Part shown: positions 20,631-29,993 of the stretch, piece by piece
Position numbering within the stretch: the stretch's first letter is position 1
Layout: every line of letters begins with the position of its first letter
Assembly (NCBI GenBank): GCA_965203275.1
Contig: OZ241865.1
Span: 1,888,001 to 1,952,000 of the forward strand
DNA: 64,000 nt
Origin: Bdellovibrionales bacterium
GTDB taxonomy: Bacteria; Bdellovibrionota; Bdellovibrionia; Bdellovibrionales; JAUICD01
Reading direction: 5' to 3'
Notes under the pieces: model-generated
Databases searched by the model: none
Told to the model about the DNA's origin: nothing
Seen by the model: the letters and a program-made list of their open reading frames with translations, nothing else
Made by a program: the position numbers and the translations under genes

Positions 20631-20846
20631 TTGATTTTTCTATTCCAAATTTTTATTCCAACGGGATACCTTTAAATGACCTAAAAAGCTTAAAATATAA
20701 CAAAAGTTAAAAAATCTTCTGTAAAAGATAGGCTAGAGGCTTATCATTTAACAAATCACAAATACTTATTCTTATACCCTGTTGTCAATATCATTCATGT
20801 CATAACATCTTAATTAAAGTATCACAAAATCAAATAGGCTACAAAA

Positions 20847-21518
20847 TCATGATTTGATGGCTTTGTTCTTTTTAGCTTCTTCTTCTGCTTCCTCTGCCTT
20901 TTTTGCTTCCTCTGCTTCTTCTGCTTCCTCTGCTTCTATTGCTGCCAGGCTTTTGGCTCTTTTATTTTCAATGCCTAAAATATCTTCTAAGGATTCAAGA
21001 GCTGTTTCCCATTGCTCTATAGCATCTTCTAATGATGTCAATGCCCTTTCTTCTTCCCTTCTAAGCCTTTTCCATAGTTTAGTCATTTCTTCTAATTTAT
21101 CTATATTTTTTTCTAAATCAACAATTGTTTGACCTGGTTTTTGTATAACCATGCCTCTTTTATCTATTATTTCATCCCATCTTGAAAAAGCATTTTTCCT
21201 TGCATCTGTTGTTTTTTTCCATTTGTAATTGGCCATTTTCCAGTGAAAGACCATATTTTTTAACTGGGTTTCTGCCTCTAACCACCTACTTAATTGAGAT
21301 TGTAGCTTGAAGAGTTCCTCTTTTTCTTCTATTTTTTCTCTTAAATCCATGAGGTGATCCCACTTGTTATGCAGTCGATTGAGCAGGTCCATATCTTGTT
21401 GCCAACGATCCATTAGTGTTCTCCAATCAAGCTTTGCCTGCATCCAAGTGACAATCATTAGCTCTTTTTTATAGAAAATAAGCTGTTCTTTTTTATCCAT
21501 AATAAAATGTTTTGTCAT
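20847..21518 (-). CDS. Trp-periodic coiled-coil hypothetical protein
   Basis: Heptad-spaced Trp, EA-rich tail, aaggaa RBS. Confidence 0.7.
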   Translation of the reverse strand: MTKHFIMDKKEQLIFYKKELMIVTWMQAKLDWRTLMDRWQQDMDLLNRLHNKWDHLMDLREKIEEKEELFKLQSQLSRWLEAETQLKNMVFHWKMANYKWKKTTDARKNAFSRWDEIIDKRGMVIQKPGQTIVDLEKNIDKLEEMTKLWKRLRREEERALTSLEDAIEQWETALESLEDILGIENKRAKSLAAIEAEEAEEAEEAKKAEEAEEEAKKNKAIKS

Positions 21519-21699
21519 GATTATAGTTCCTTTCTTTGTTGGAATGGTGAATGTGGTAAATAAATATTTTATCCACTATTTTTGTTTAAAAATCAACCTT
21601 TATTTTTAATTCTACCTCACTTTGTCATTTTATGAAAGTCTTTTTTTTATATTGTTATGGCCAGAGGTGAAAATCATTGTATTCAAGCTATTTATCTTA

Positions 21700-23721
21700 T
21701 CAACATGTAGTTTTTACATCTTTTATTTGAAAAAAAGCTTTATTGAGGCTCTTATCTTCTTTGCAGACTTGAAAATCTTCATCGTCTATCTCTGAAAGAT
21801 GAACATAGAGTTGATTTTTATTTAATAATTCCGTTAATAGTGTCTTTTGTGCTTCTAAGCCCTTTTCCTTGCCTACTTGGATAAAATCATTAATAGCCTT
21901 TTCTGGCCTCTTATGATTGACATACCAATTTAAAAAAGATTGTTGACAGATATCTTTCCAAAGCTCCACAAGCTCATCAGAAGATTTCATTTCTTGAATC
22001 TTGTCTATATAAGTTGCGTTATATTTCATTAACTGGCAAGAAATAAAATCACCACCACCCTTCCATTTCAAAGCTCTTGAAACGCCAGAGCCATCACCTT
22101 TCATCACATTTTGTAATCGAACAATACTGTCATTCTGCCCATAATCTAACTGCTCAATGCCAATGTATTGCCGTCCCATCTTATGAGCTACAGCTACTGT
22201 GGTGCCACTGCCTAAGTGATAATCTAAAACCAAATCGCCTGGTCGTGTACTCATTTCAATAATATGTTGAAGTAATTGTTCTGGCTTTTTACCACCTCTC
22301 ATTTCAACTTGACCTTCATGGCGACAATTTCCAAAAGCAGCAGACAAATCATAAAAATTTGCAATGCTTTTAAATTTTATGGGTTGACCATTTTTTATTT
22401 CTTTTTGTCTGTTTAAGGGAATCGCAGAATAAAACTTCCCTTTTGTAGCACTTTCTCTTTGAGGGCCAGTAAAGTACCTATATCCAAGACCATCTTCACC
22501 TATACCCTCCACTTTATATAAAACTCCTAATCCATCTTGCTCTTTTCTATCAGCAAGGTGATCGGCAAAAAACTTTCCTGTTGTTTTTAAAACTGTCCCA
22601 CTTGCCCATGTCTCCTTTAAGCCTATCTTCCCTTTGGGAACTCTTTCTATTTTATAGCCTCCTTTTTTAAAGATTGTGACTTTTCGTCCTCCAAGTGTGA
22701 TTTGCCTATCCTCAGCAAGCTCTATGATCTTCCAGATAAACCGATCTGTAGAATACTTCTCTTGCTCTTTATATGGTGTAAAATGGCCTTTAGAATAAAC
22801 AAAAATATGCTCTATTAGTTTTTGGTAATTGCTTTTTTCTGCTAAAGATTTATCTTTATACCTGACTTGAATATATAAAGTGACTTCATTATTTTCGATA
22901 CCTAACACTTCATCCATAAGGATTTTCAAATAAGCTTGTTCCTTGTCATCACATTGTACAAAAATCACACCATCATCTTTGAGTAATTCTTTAGCTACCT
23001 CTAGTCTGTTTTTCATAAAAGTCAGCCAACTAGAATGATTGAAAGCATCATTATAGTTAAACGCATCACTACCTGTGTTGTAAGGTGGGTCAATGTAAAT
23101 AAGCTTAATTTTACCTAAAAACTGGCTTTTAAGTGTATGAAGAACCGAAAGATTATTACCTTTGATGATCAAATTTTCTTTAATCATCCCATCAATAGCT
23201 CTCTTGATTTCTTTTACTTTTTCAGTGCCGGAAGGTGTATGTCTTTTCCAGTGAGTTAAAACCTTAGGATCAAAAAATCTATTGATTTCATCTTCTGCTA
23301 AAACTTCATTGAAAAATACTTCTTTTCGAGTTTCTTCTTCTTTTGTCTGTCCCCCTTCTAAAATGCAGTCTTTGTAAGGCCAGACAAGAGATATATCTTT
23401 TGTTTCTTTAAAAGGTTTATCGCCTAGATAGAGACCAATTTTATTTCTAAATCGAGTATAAGAGCTAGATAAAAAATTCTTATTAGAGATATAATCAATA
23501 AAAGCATTGGTATTAAAAACTAAAGCATCAGACACTTGATCAAAAAACTTAATTTTGATCTGATCATCTTGCAATAAAAGTCCAATAAGTCGAGAGTCCA
23601 TTTTCCAAGCCTTATCTATAGCAGAGCTTGGAAGTAGGTGACCATTTCTATCTAATAAACGGGGATCCGTTTTAAGCAAATCTACAAGCTTTTTATGAAA
23701 GTTTTGTTCCATAATCAACAC
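21700..23721 (-). CDS. Type III R-M-like Mod subunit (N6-adenine DNA methyltransferase)
   Basis: IYIDPPYNTG, KKPE.LL, VLDYHLGSGTT, YIGIEQ. Confidence 0.9.
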   Translation of the reverse strand: MLIMEQNFHKKLVDLLKTDPRLLDRNGHLLPSSAIDKAWKMDSRLIGLLLQDDQIKIKFFDQVSDALVFNTNAFIDYISNKNFLSSSYTRFRNKIGLYLGDKPFKETKDISLVWPYKDCILEGGQTKEEETRKEVFFNEVLAEDEINRFFDPKVLTHWKRHTPSGTEKVKEIKRAIDGMIKENLIIKGNNLSVLHTLKSQFLGKIKLIYIDPPYNTGSDAFNYNDAFNHSSWLTFMKNRLEVAKELLKDDGVIFVQCDDKEQAYLKILMDEVLGIENNEVTLYIQVRYKDKSLAEKSNYQKLIEHIFVYSKGHFTPYKEQEKYSTDRFIWKIIELAEDRQITLGGRKVTIFKKGGYKIERVPKGKIGLKETWASGTVLKTTGKFFADHLADRKEQDGLGVLYKVEGIGEDGLGYRYFTGPQRESATKGKFYSAIPLNRQKEIKNGQPIKFKSIANFYDLSAAFGNCRHEGQVEMRGGKKPEQLLQHIIEMSTRPGDLVLDYHLGSGTTVAVAHKMGRQYIGIEQLDYGQNDSIVRLQNVMKGDGSGVSRALKWKGGGDFISCQLMKYNATYIDKIQEMKSSDELVELWKDICQQSFLNWYVNHKRPEKAINDFIQVGKEKGLEAQKTLLTELLNKNQLYVHLSEIDDEDFQVCKEDKSLNKAFFQIKDVKTTC

Positions 23722-23916
23722 ACCTCATTTTTAGTTTTCAATACTCATTTTTACAAGTCCAGTCAAGGTCATCTAACAACAATCACTTATGACATACAGG
23801 TCAAGGCTAATTTTGATATTCATTTTCAAATGGATGTATTTTTTTAAAAAGCTTCATTCTAAAAAAGGGCAAAAATTTTGTTTGTAGTTATAAAAGTGTC
23901 TTTTCTTACAATCTTC

Positions 23917-24060
23917 ATTAAGACCACGTTTTAAAGTGTGACCATCTAGGAAACAAAACCTTAAGTTTATTATGGGATGATATTCAAGCTGTGTCTCTCC
24001 CACTTTGGTTTACTTCAAAGTGCAACACAGCTTTAAGAAAGTCAAAAAAATACGTAGCTT
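23917..24060. repeat. Deleted copy of the recombinase locus (flanks joined, gene absent)
   Basis: 23917-23980 matches 13418-13481 and is fused directly to the sequence found at 14680-14745. Confidence 0.75.
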
Positions 24061-24073
24061 TATAGAATTGGTA

Positions 24074-24727
24074 TTATTCTGTAGCACCGGCCTCTCTTAA
24101 TAGCCTTACAATCTCAATATGGCCTTGAGAATCAGCCAACATTAAAGCCGTATTGTCATTTTTGTCTTGAAGATTGACGTTAGCTCCGGCCTTTAGCAAT
24201 AACTTTACAATTTCTATATAGCCTTCACGACTAGCCAGCATTAAAGCCGTCTCCCCATCTTCTGTTTGAAGATTGACGTCCGCACCGGCCGCTAGCAATA
24301 ACTTAACAATATCAATATCCCCTCTATGACTAGAATTTATTAAAGCCGTATAGCCCCCACTGTCTTGATGATTGATGTTAGCTCCGGCCCCTATCAATAG
24401 CCTTACAAATTCAACCTTATTATGATGTTTATTGGTATCACCATAAGAAGAAGCTCCACTGGCCATCGTTAAAGCTGTCATGCCAAAATCGTTTTGAATA
24501 TTTGGATTTACACCGGCCTTTAGCAATAACTTTACAAGAGGATAGTTGCCTTCTTTAGCAGAAATTAGTAATGCATTATTAAACCCCAATATTTCTTTCT
24601 CACTTAAGTCTATTTTAATAACTTTTTGCTTTGGCATAAGACTTTCAGTACAAGCCCATAGAGAATCACTAGAAACAAGCAAAGCAATAAATAAGATAAA
24701 TATATATTTTTTCATTTGTACCTTCAT
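24074..24727 (-). CDS. Secreted ankyrin-repeat protein
   Basis: MKKYIFILFIALL signal peptide, ANK repeats, ends AGATE. Confidence 0.93.
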   Translation of the reverse strand: MKVQMKKYIFILFIALLVSSDSLWACTESLMPKQKVIKIDLSEKEILGFNNALLISAKEGNYPLVKLLLKAGVNPNIQNDFGMTALTMASGASSYGDTNKHHNKVEFVRLLIGAGANINHQDSGGYTALINSSHRGDIDIVKLLLAAGADVNLQTEDGETALMLASREGYIEIVKLLLKAGANVNLQDKNDNTALMLADSQGHIEIVRLLREAGATE

Positions 24728-24779
24728 TTGAATTTTTGATTTTATAACAACATATATCTAAAAAGTCAAGCCGTCTTTT

Positions 24780-24997
24780 TCACTAAAAATAAACCAGCCT
24801 CTGGCATGTTTTTGGACAATCAGCCCGACGGCTCTCGCCGTCGATCAAAGGCTGATTGCCTCAAAAATCCGTTTATTTTTAGTAAGGAGGATCTCCTCTT
24901 TTCTTAACACCATGTTAAGGAAAAAATTCTTTCATCTGCTGTGCTGGCAACCTAGAAAGCTTGACCACTTTTAGTGAAACAGCCCACTTTTAGTGAA
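24780..24997 (-). repeat. Structured 3WJ element (24780-24920) plus fragments
   Basis: Reverse-complement copy with leader catgttaagg. Confidence 0.88.
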
Positions 24998-25755
24998 ACA
25001 AAGGCTTGACCTAGTGGATTTGCGAAGTTAGAGATAGAGCATTCAAGAAAAGGAAAATTTGAGCAAAACAATGCACGTATCTCTGAAAAAAATGTACAAA
25101 TAGATGAAGATAAACAAAATTAGATAATAGAAGGTCCGATGAATGAAACAAAAACACATAAGGAGCAATTATGTCTAAAAAATTCAAACATCTTAAAAAG
25201 AACAAAAAAGGTTTTAAGCGTGATGTCTTGCATTTATTTGACCATCTATTTTATGAAGTTTACAGCAAAGAACAATATATTTTAGATTTGTTTCGTTTAG
25301 TTTTAACTTCAGAGGAATTTGAACTTTTTGATTGGAGTACCTTGCAATCCAGAGTGACTGTTTTTATAGATAAGGCTTTTAGAGAGCGTCGGGCTGATGT
25401 GATTTTTTCTGTTAAACTGAAAACAGGGCAGATGGTTGAGATTATCTTCCTTTTTGAGCATAAGTCTTATAACGATCCTAGTGTTTTTATTCAGATGCTC
25501 AATTACCAAGCTAATATTTATGAGAAGGACAGCAGGCAGGGTAAAAATAAAGTGCCTTCTTTGGTAATTCCTGTATTGGTTTATTCTGGTAAGGAGCCTT
25601 GGAAGATGCCATTGAGTTTCCATGGATATTTGAATTTTCCATCACTAAAAGTGCAGGCAGCTTTTAAAGAGAATATTCTCAATTACAAATATCGCTTGCT
25701 CAATCTACATGATTTAGGTATAGAGATATTAAAATCTAAGAGCTTGATTTTTGTT

Positions 25756-26087
25756 TCACTCAAAATAAACTGGCTTCTAGCCACTTTTGGGTAGCCAGCC
25801 CGACGGCTACCGCCGTCGATCAAAGGCTGGCTACCTCAAAAGCTTGTTTATTTTGAGTAGAGAAGGATCCTTTTATTCCTTTACACCATGTTAAGGAAAA
25901 AGTCCTTTTATTGCCTTAAGAGCAAGTAGCTTGCAAATGAAACATTTTTGCCTTAACATCATGTTAAGAGACGAAGGGATCCTTCCTACTAAAAGTGGTC
26001 AATCTTTCTAGGTTGCCAGCATTTGAGAAGGCGAAAGCCTTCGGCTGGCAACCAGAAAGTAGCCAGAGGCTAGACCACTTTTAGTGA
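25756..26087. repeat. Back-to-back pair of structured 3WJ elements (25756-25896 minus, 25951-26087 plus)
   Basis: Two different stem variants with leaders facing each other. Confidence 0.9.
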
Positions 26088-26172
26088 AAGAGACAAGATT
26101 TATGATCCTAGTTTTACCTTGGAAGTATTGCAAAAAATAGAAGAAAAACACATATCAAAGGAGGAAAGAACC

Positions 26173-26412
26173 ATGCCACCATTACAGATCACAAGAGAAA
26201 GACTATTACAAGAAGGGTTGCAAAAAGGTTTGCAAGAAGGGTTACAAAAAGGGCGACAGGAAGGGCGACAGGAAGGGCGACAGGAAGGAGAACAAAGTAT
26301 CATCTTAAAAATGCTTAAAAATAAGATGGATATTTCGACTATTGCAAAAATCACAGAGTCCACAGAGAACAAAATACGAGAAATACAGAAAAAACTAAAC
26401 AGCTTAAGCTAA
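26173..26412 (+). CDS. Internal small Rpn C-terminal ORF (RpnS-like)
   Basis: aaggagg RBS at ~26158, ATG 26173 in frame with the Rpn C-terminus. Confidence 0.65.
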   Translation: MPPLQITRERLLQEGLQKGLQEGLQKGRQEGRQEGRQEGEQSIILKMLKNKMDISTIAKITESTENKIREIQKKLNSLS

Positions 26413-26523
26413 ATATTATTATTTGTTGAACAATCTGCAAAATCTTTCACTTAAAGCTAAATTTGATTTTTTCAAGGATCTGGGATCCGGCAACCCGGCA
26501 GACAGGAGGTGAAATAAAAACCT

Positions 26524-26770
26524 GGTGTTAAAAGACAAAAGGATGATCCCTAACCCCACCCGCCACCCTTCGATTCTGCTTTTCCATTTTGTTTTTACTT
26601 GAGGATGAGGGCAGAGGGAGCCTTCCGAAGTCCTCAATTGAGCTTGCTTTTAAGGAGCAAGCTCAATTTGCGGAAGATCTCCAGTCTCCCTCTGCCCCCA
26701 TCCTCCTCTTAATTACTTTTTTTTGAGAGTTACGCAGAATCTAAAAGAAAATAAAAAAACAAAAAGAAAC
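26524..26770 (+). repeat. Second structured element class (long multi-stem), copy 1
   Basis: Nested stems gattctgc/gcagaatc, gggcagagggag/ctccctctgccc, gagcttgct/agcaagctc. Homolog at 54915-55164. Confidence 0.8.
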
Positions 26771-26777
26771 TCTTTTT

Positions 26778-27036
26778 CCTTAACATGGAGTTAAGAGACG
26801 AGAAGATCCTCCCCTACTCAAAATGAGCGGATTTTTTAGGTGTTGCCTATTTTGTCAAAGGCGAAAGCCTTTGCAGGCAACATCAAAAAACACACCAGAG
26901 GTGTGGCTCATTTTGAGTGAAACAACTAACTCCTTACTAAAAGTGGTCAAGCTTTCTAGGTTGCCAGCATTTGAGAAGGCGAATAGCCTTCGGCTGGCAA
27001 CCAGAAAGTAGCCAGAGGCTAGACCACTTTTAGTGA
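26778..27036 (+). repeat. Two tandem structured 3WJ elements (26778-26920, 26931-27036)
   Basis: actcaaaatgagc/gctcattttgagt and actaaaagtggtc/gaccacttttagt variants. Confidence 0.9.
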
Positions 27037-27040
27037 AAAA

Positions 27041-27134
27041 GATAGGCTTTGACCATTGTCTCTTGAGCTTGTAAGCCAATAGTTTGCCTTGATGTTGATA
27101 CTCGATAATAAGCTACATATTGTTTGATATTCAA
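27041..27134 (-). pseudogene. 5' remnant of the serine recombinase, truncated at the structured element
   Basis: Near-identical to 14595-14688. Confidence 0.85.
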
Positions 27135-27395
27135 GCTGTGTCTCTCCCACTTTGGTTTACTTCAAAGTGCAACACAGCTTTAAGAAAGTCAAATATGATT
27201 AAGGGATATTAACAAGTCTCTTTTTGTCGGTCATAACCCACTTATCGTCATACATATTTATAGCTCCAATTAAAAATTCCACATTCCTATAACCTTAATA
27301 TAATTTGACAAAAAAAAGAGACCACAAGGGCCTCTTATAGTGTGCATCATAAGTTTTATCTACAATAGTAGAATTTAATATCAGAATATCATATT

Positions 27396-28334
27396 TTAGT
27401 TTGCAGTACCACCTTCTCTTATCTTTCGGAGTCGCTCATGGTCATAATAACTGCCTCTAGTTCGAGTACTGGTTGGAAAAAGCTCATCCTGAATCTTTTT
27501 AGGGTCTATTCTTTCAGAGTCTCCTGTGGCACATCTTTTGCGAGCCGCACAAATAACTTGAGAGTTTAATAACTGACCTATTTTATCTTGCATGTAGGCC
27601 CCTAATACTGTGCGATCATAAAGCCTTTCAACTTCGTCTAAAACTTTATCTATGTCTCCTAGATCGGCATCTAATTCAGAAACCTTTGCTTGTAAGGCCA
27701 GAGCTTCAATCATTGCTTCTTGACGTTCAGTTTCCATCGCATCTTTTGGCACGGTGTCTGTAAGTCGATCGTCTAATCCTTCTATATCTCCGGTTAGTCT
27801 ACTCAAATACTCTCTCTCTCTTCTGAGCTCTGCCCTTAATTCAACTTGCCTATTTCTTGCTTCATCGTATTGTTTCAGCTGTTGTCTTGTTAATGGTATA
27901 CGTTCTCCATTGTGAACACAGTACTGGAAGTTATACCCATACCCAGCAGGGGGGGTAATAGTTACATTCTCTGAAGGACATATTTCTCGGGCCTTTTGTA
28001 CCATAGGTGGCAGGTCCCTTTCTAAACTCCTTATCTTTCTTCGCGTGTTCATTATCGCCCTGTTTCGATGTCCTATATTTCTCCTGATATTTCCCACGTT
28101 GGTTTCAAGGGCTACCAGATCAGCAATGGGAGTTCTTCTTCTTTCATCTGCCGCTCTTCTTCTCGCTAGACTTCTTTGGGTTGCACCCCTGCTGGGTGAG
28201 ACAAGATCGATAAGATCGGTAATTGTACGAGAGGTATATGATGTCGCTGTATTAGATACAAAGCCAATCAATAAAAAGATGATGAGACATCCTTGGCAGA
28301 TTATTTTTTTGTTTGGAACACAAAACAAATACAT
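27396..28334 (-). CDS. Secreted coiled-coil paralog 1 (probable true start 28509, out of frame at poly-C)
   Basis: Conserved C-terminus YDRTVLGAYMQDKIGQLLNSQVIC shared with two neighbours. Confidence 0.85.
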   Translation of the reverse strand: MYLFCVPNKKIICQGCLIIFLLIGFVSNTATSYTSRTITDLIDLVSPSRGATQRSLARRRAADERRRTPIADLVALETNVGNIRRNIGHRNRAIMNTRRKIRSLERDLPPMVQKAREICPSENVTITPPAGYGYNFQYCVHNGERIPLTRQQLKQYDEARNRQVELRAELRREREYLSRLTGDIEGLDDRLTDTVPKDAMETERQEAMIEALALQAKVSELDADLGDIDKVLDEVERLYDRTVLGAYMQDKIGQLLNSQVICAARKRCATGDSERIDPKKIQDELFPTSTRTRGSYYDHERLRKIREGGTAN

Positions 28335-28463
28335 GAGTTGTTTTAAACTTATGATTTTGTAAAGTAAATAAAATAATACTTTGATCAGCTTGAGATTATA
28401 AAATGATAAAATAAACTGTCTTAAAGATTTACGTGCTAAAAAATAGCTATGACGCGACGTGTT

Positions 28464-28475
28464 GGGGGGGGGGGG
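28464..28475 (-). repeat. C12 homopolymer in the 5' coding region
   Basis: G12 on the + strand. Confidence 0.9.
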
Positions 28476-28961
28476 ATTTGATTGATAAAAATTTAATAAA
28501 ATTAGTCATGGTACACCTCTCTTTTTTAAAATTTGAAAAATTGAATATTTTACTCATTTAACAACTTAAAAAATTTTTTAAGTTCTAACTTAACTAATAG
28601 TTCGGCTCTATTTATTAAATCCTTTACCTTTTATTTCAATTTTTGAGAATGCTTTATTTATAGGTATTAGAGAGATTTGCAGGACTTTTGACTTACTTAA
28701 GGATAAAAAACATGGTATAAGGAGTTTATCAATTTATTTATCGGATATAGGTCTATGAAATTTAATTATATAAGTAGATTTTATCAAAATTGGCAAGTTG
28801 GTGATGCGATCAGGCCCCCTCAGTGGGACTCACTATAAGATGTGCTTATAAACCGCCCACATACGGGCGTAGCCCATAAACAAAGAGGCTGTCAAGCCCC
28901 TTTTCAAACAATTATGAGTTTTATCTACAAATAGTAGAAATTAATATCAGAACATCATATT

Positions 28962-29954
28962 TTATTGAACGCCATCTCTTATCTTTCGGAGTCGCTCATG
29001 GTCATAATAACTGCGTCTAGTTTGAGTACTAGGAAAAAGCTCATCCCGAATCTGACTAGGGGGTATTTTTCGAGGATCTCCTACGGCACACCTTTTGCGA
29101 GCCGCACAAATAACTTGAGAGTTTAATAACTGACCTATTTTATCTTGCATGTAGGCCCCTAATACTGTGCGATCATAAATTCTTTCAACCTGGTCTAAAA
29201 CTTGATCTATGTTTCCTAGACTGGCATCCAAATCAGAAACTTTTACTTGTAACCTCAGAGCATCAATCGTTGCATCTTGAATTGCCTGTGCATTAGTCAC
29301 CTCTGCATGTACTTGTGGAATCTCGCCTGCAACTCGATCGTCTATTCCTTCTATACCACTGCTTAGTGCATCCAATACCACTCTATGTTCTCTGAGATTT
29401 CTCTCTATTGCAATTTGCTCATTTCTTGCTTTATTGTATCGTTCTAGCTGTTCTTCTGATAATCCTGCCGAAGCATATAGAAGGTCTCCTGGCCGAGGAC
29501 CTTCCTCTCTGTGAACACAGAACATCCCGCTTCCACTTCTGCCCCCCCTTACATGAGTTACATTCCCTGGAGGACATACTTCTTTGATTTCTTCCGCAAT
29601 AGGAATCAGTTGCTTTTCTAAAGCCTCTATCCTATTTTCCGTAGCCTCTATCGCTCTGTTTCGATGATCTATACTTTTATCGGCATCATTCAATATGGCT
29701 TCAAATTCTTCCTTAGTAGTAATGGGAGTACTAGATAATAGACTTTTAAGTTCTCTGGTAGCACCTCCAGCTAAACTAATAGCTCCTCCAATGGGGATAC
29801 TGACTACTCTAAATGGGAACAGGAAGGCATTCTTCATACGTTCACCCAGTCCTACATTCCTTTGTGTCAATGCTGTATTAGATACAAAGCCAATCATTAT
29901 AAAGATGATTAAGCTTGAAATTATAAAATGATAAAATTTAATAAAATTACTCAT
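28962..29954 (-). CDS. Secreted coiled-coil paralog 2
   Basis: RBS agaggtg, signal peptide, conserved C-terminus. Confidence 0.88.
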   Translation of the reverse strand: MSNFIKFYHFIISSLIIFIMIGFVSNTALTQRNVGLGERMKNAFLFPFRVVSIPIGGAISLAGGATRELKSLLSSTPITTKEEFEAILNDADKSIDHRNRAIEATENRIEALEKQLIPIAEEIKEVCPPGNVTHVRGGRSGSGMFCVHREEGPRPGDLLYASAGLSEEQLERYNKARNEQIAIERNLREHRVVLDALSSGIEGIDDRVAGEIPQVHAEVTNAQAIQDATIDALRLQVKVSDLDASLGNIDQVLDQVERIYDRTVLGAYMQDKIGQLLNSQVICAARKRCAVGDPRKIPPSQIRDELFPSTQTRRSYYDHERLRKIRDGVQ

Positions 29955-29993
29955 GGTTCACCTCTTTTTTTTAAAAAAATTGAATATAATAAT

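Larger units (their letters stand above)
25171..26412 (+). pseudogene. Rpn/YhgA-like PD-(D/E)xK nuclease interrupted by two structured elements
   Basis: RRADVIFSV, FLFEHKSY, QMLNYQ, IPVLVYSG..PW. The C-terminal GRQEG part resumes at ~26089. Confidence 0.85.
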
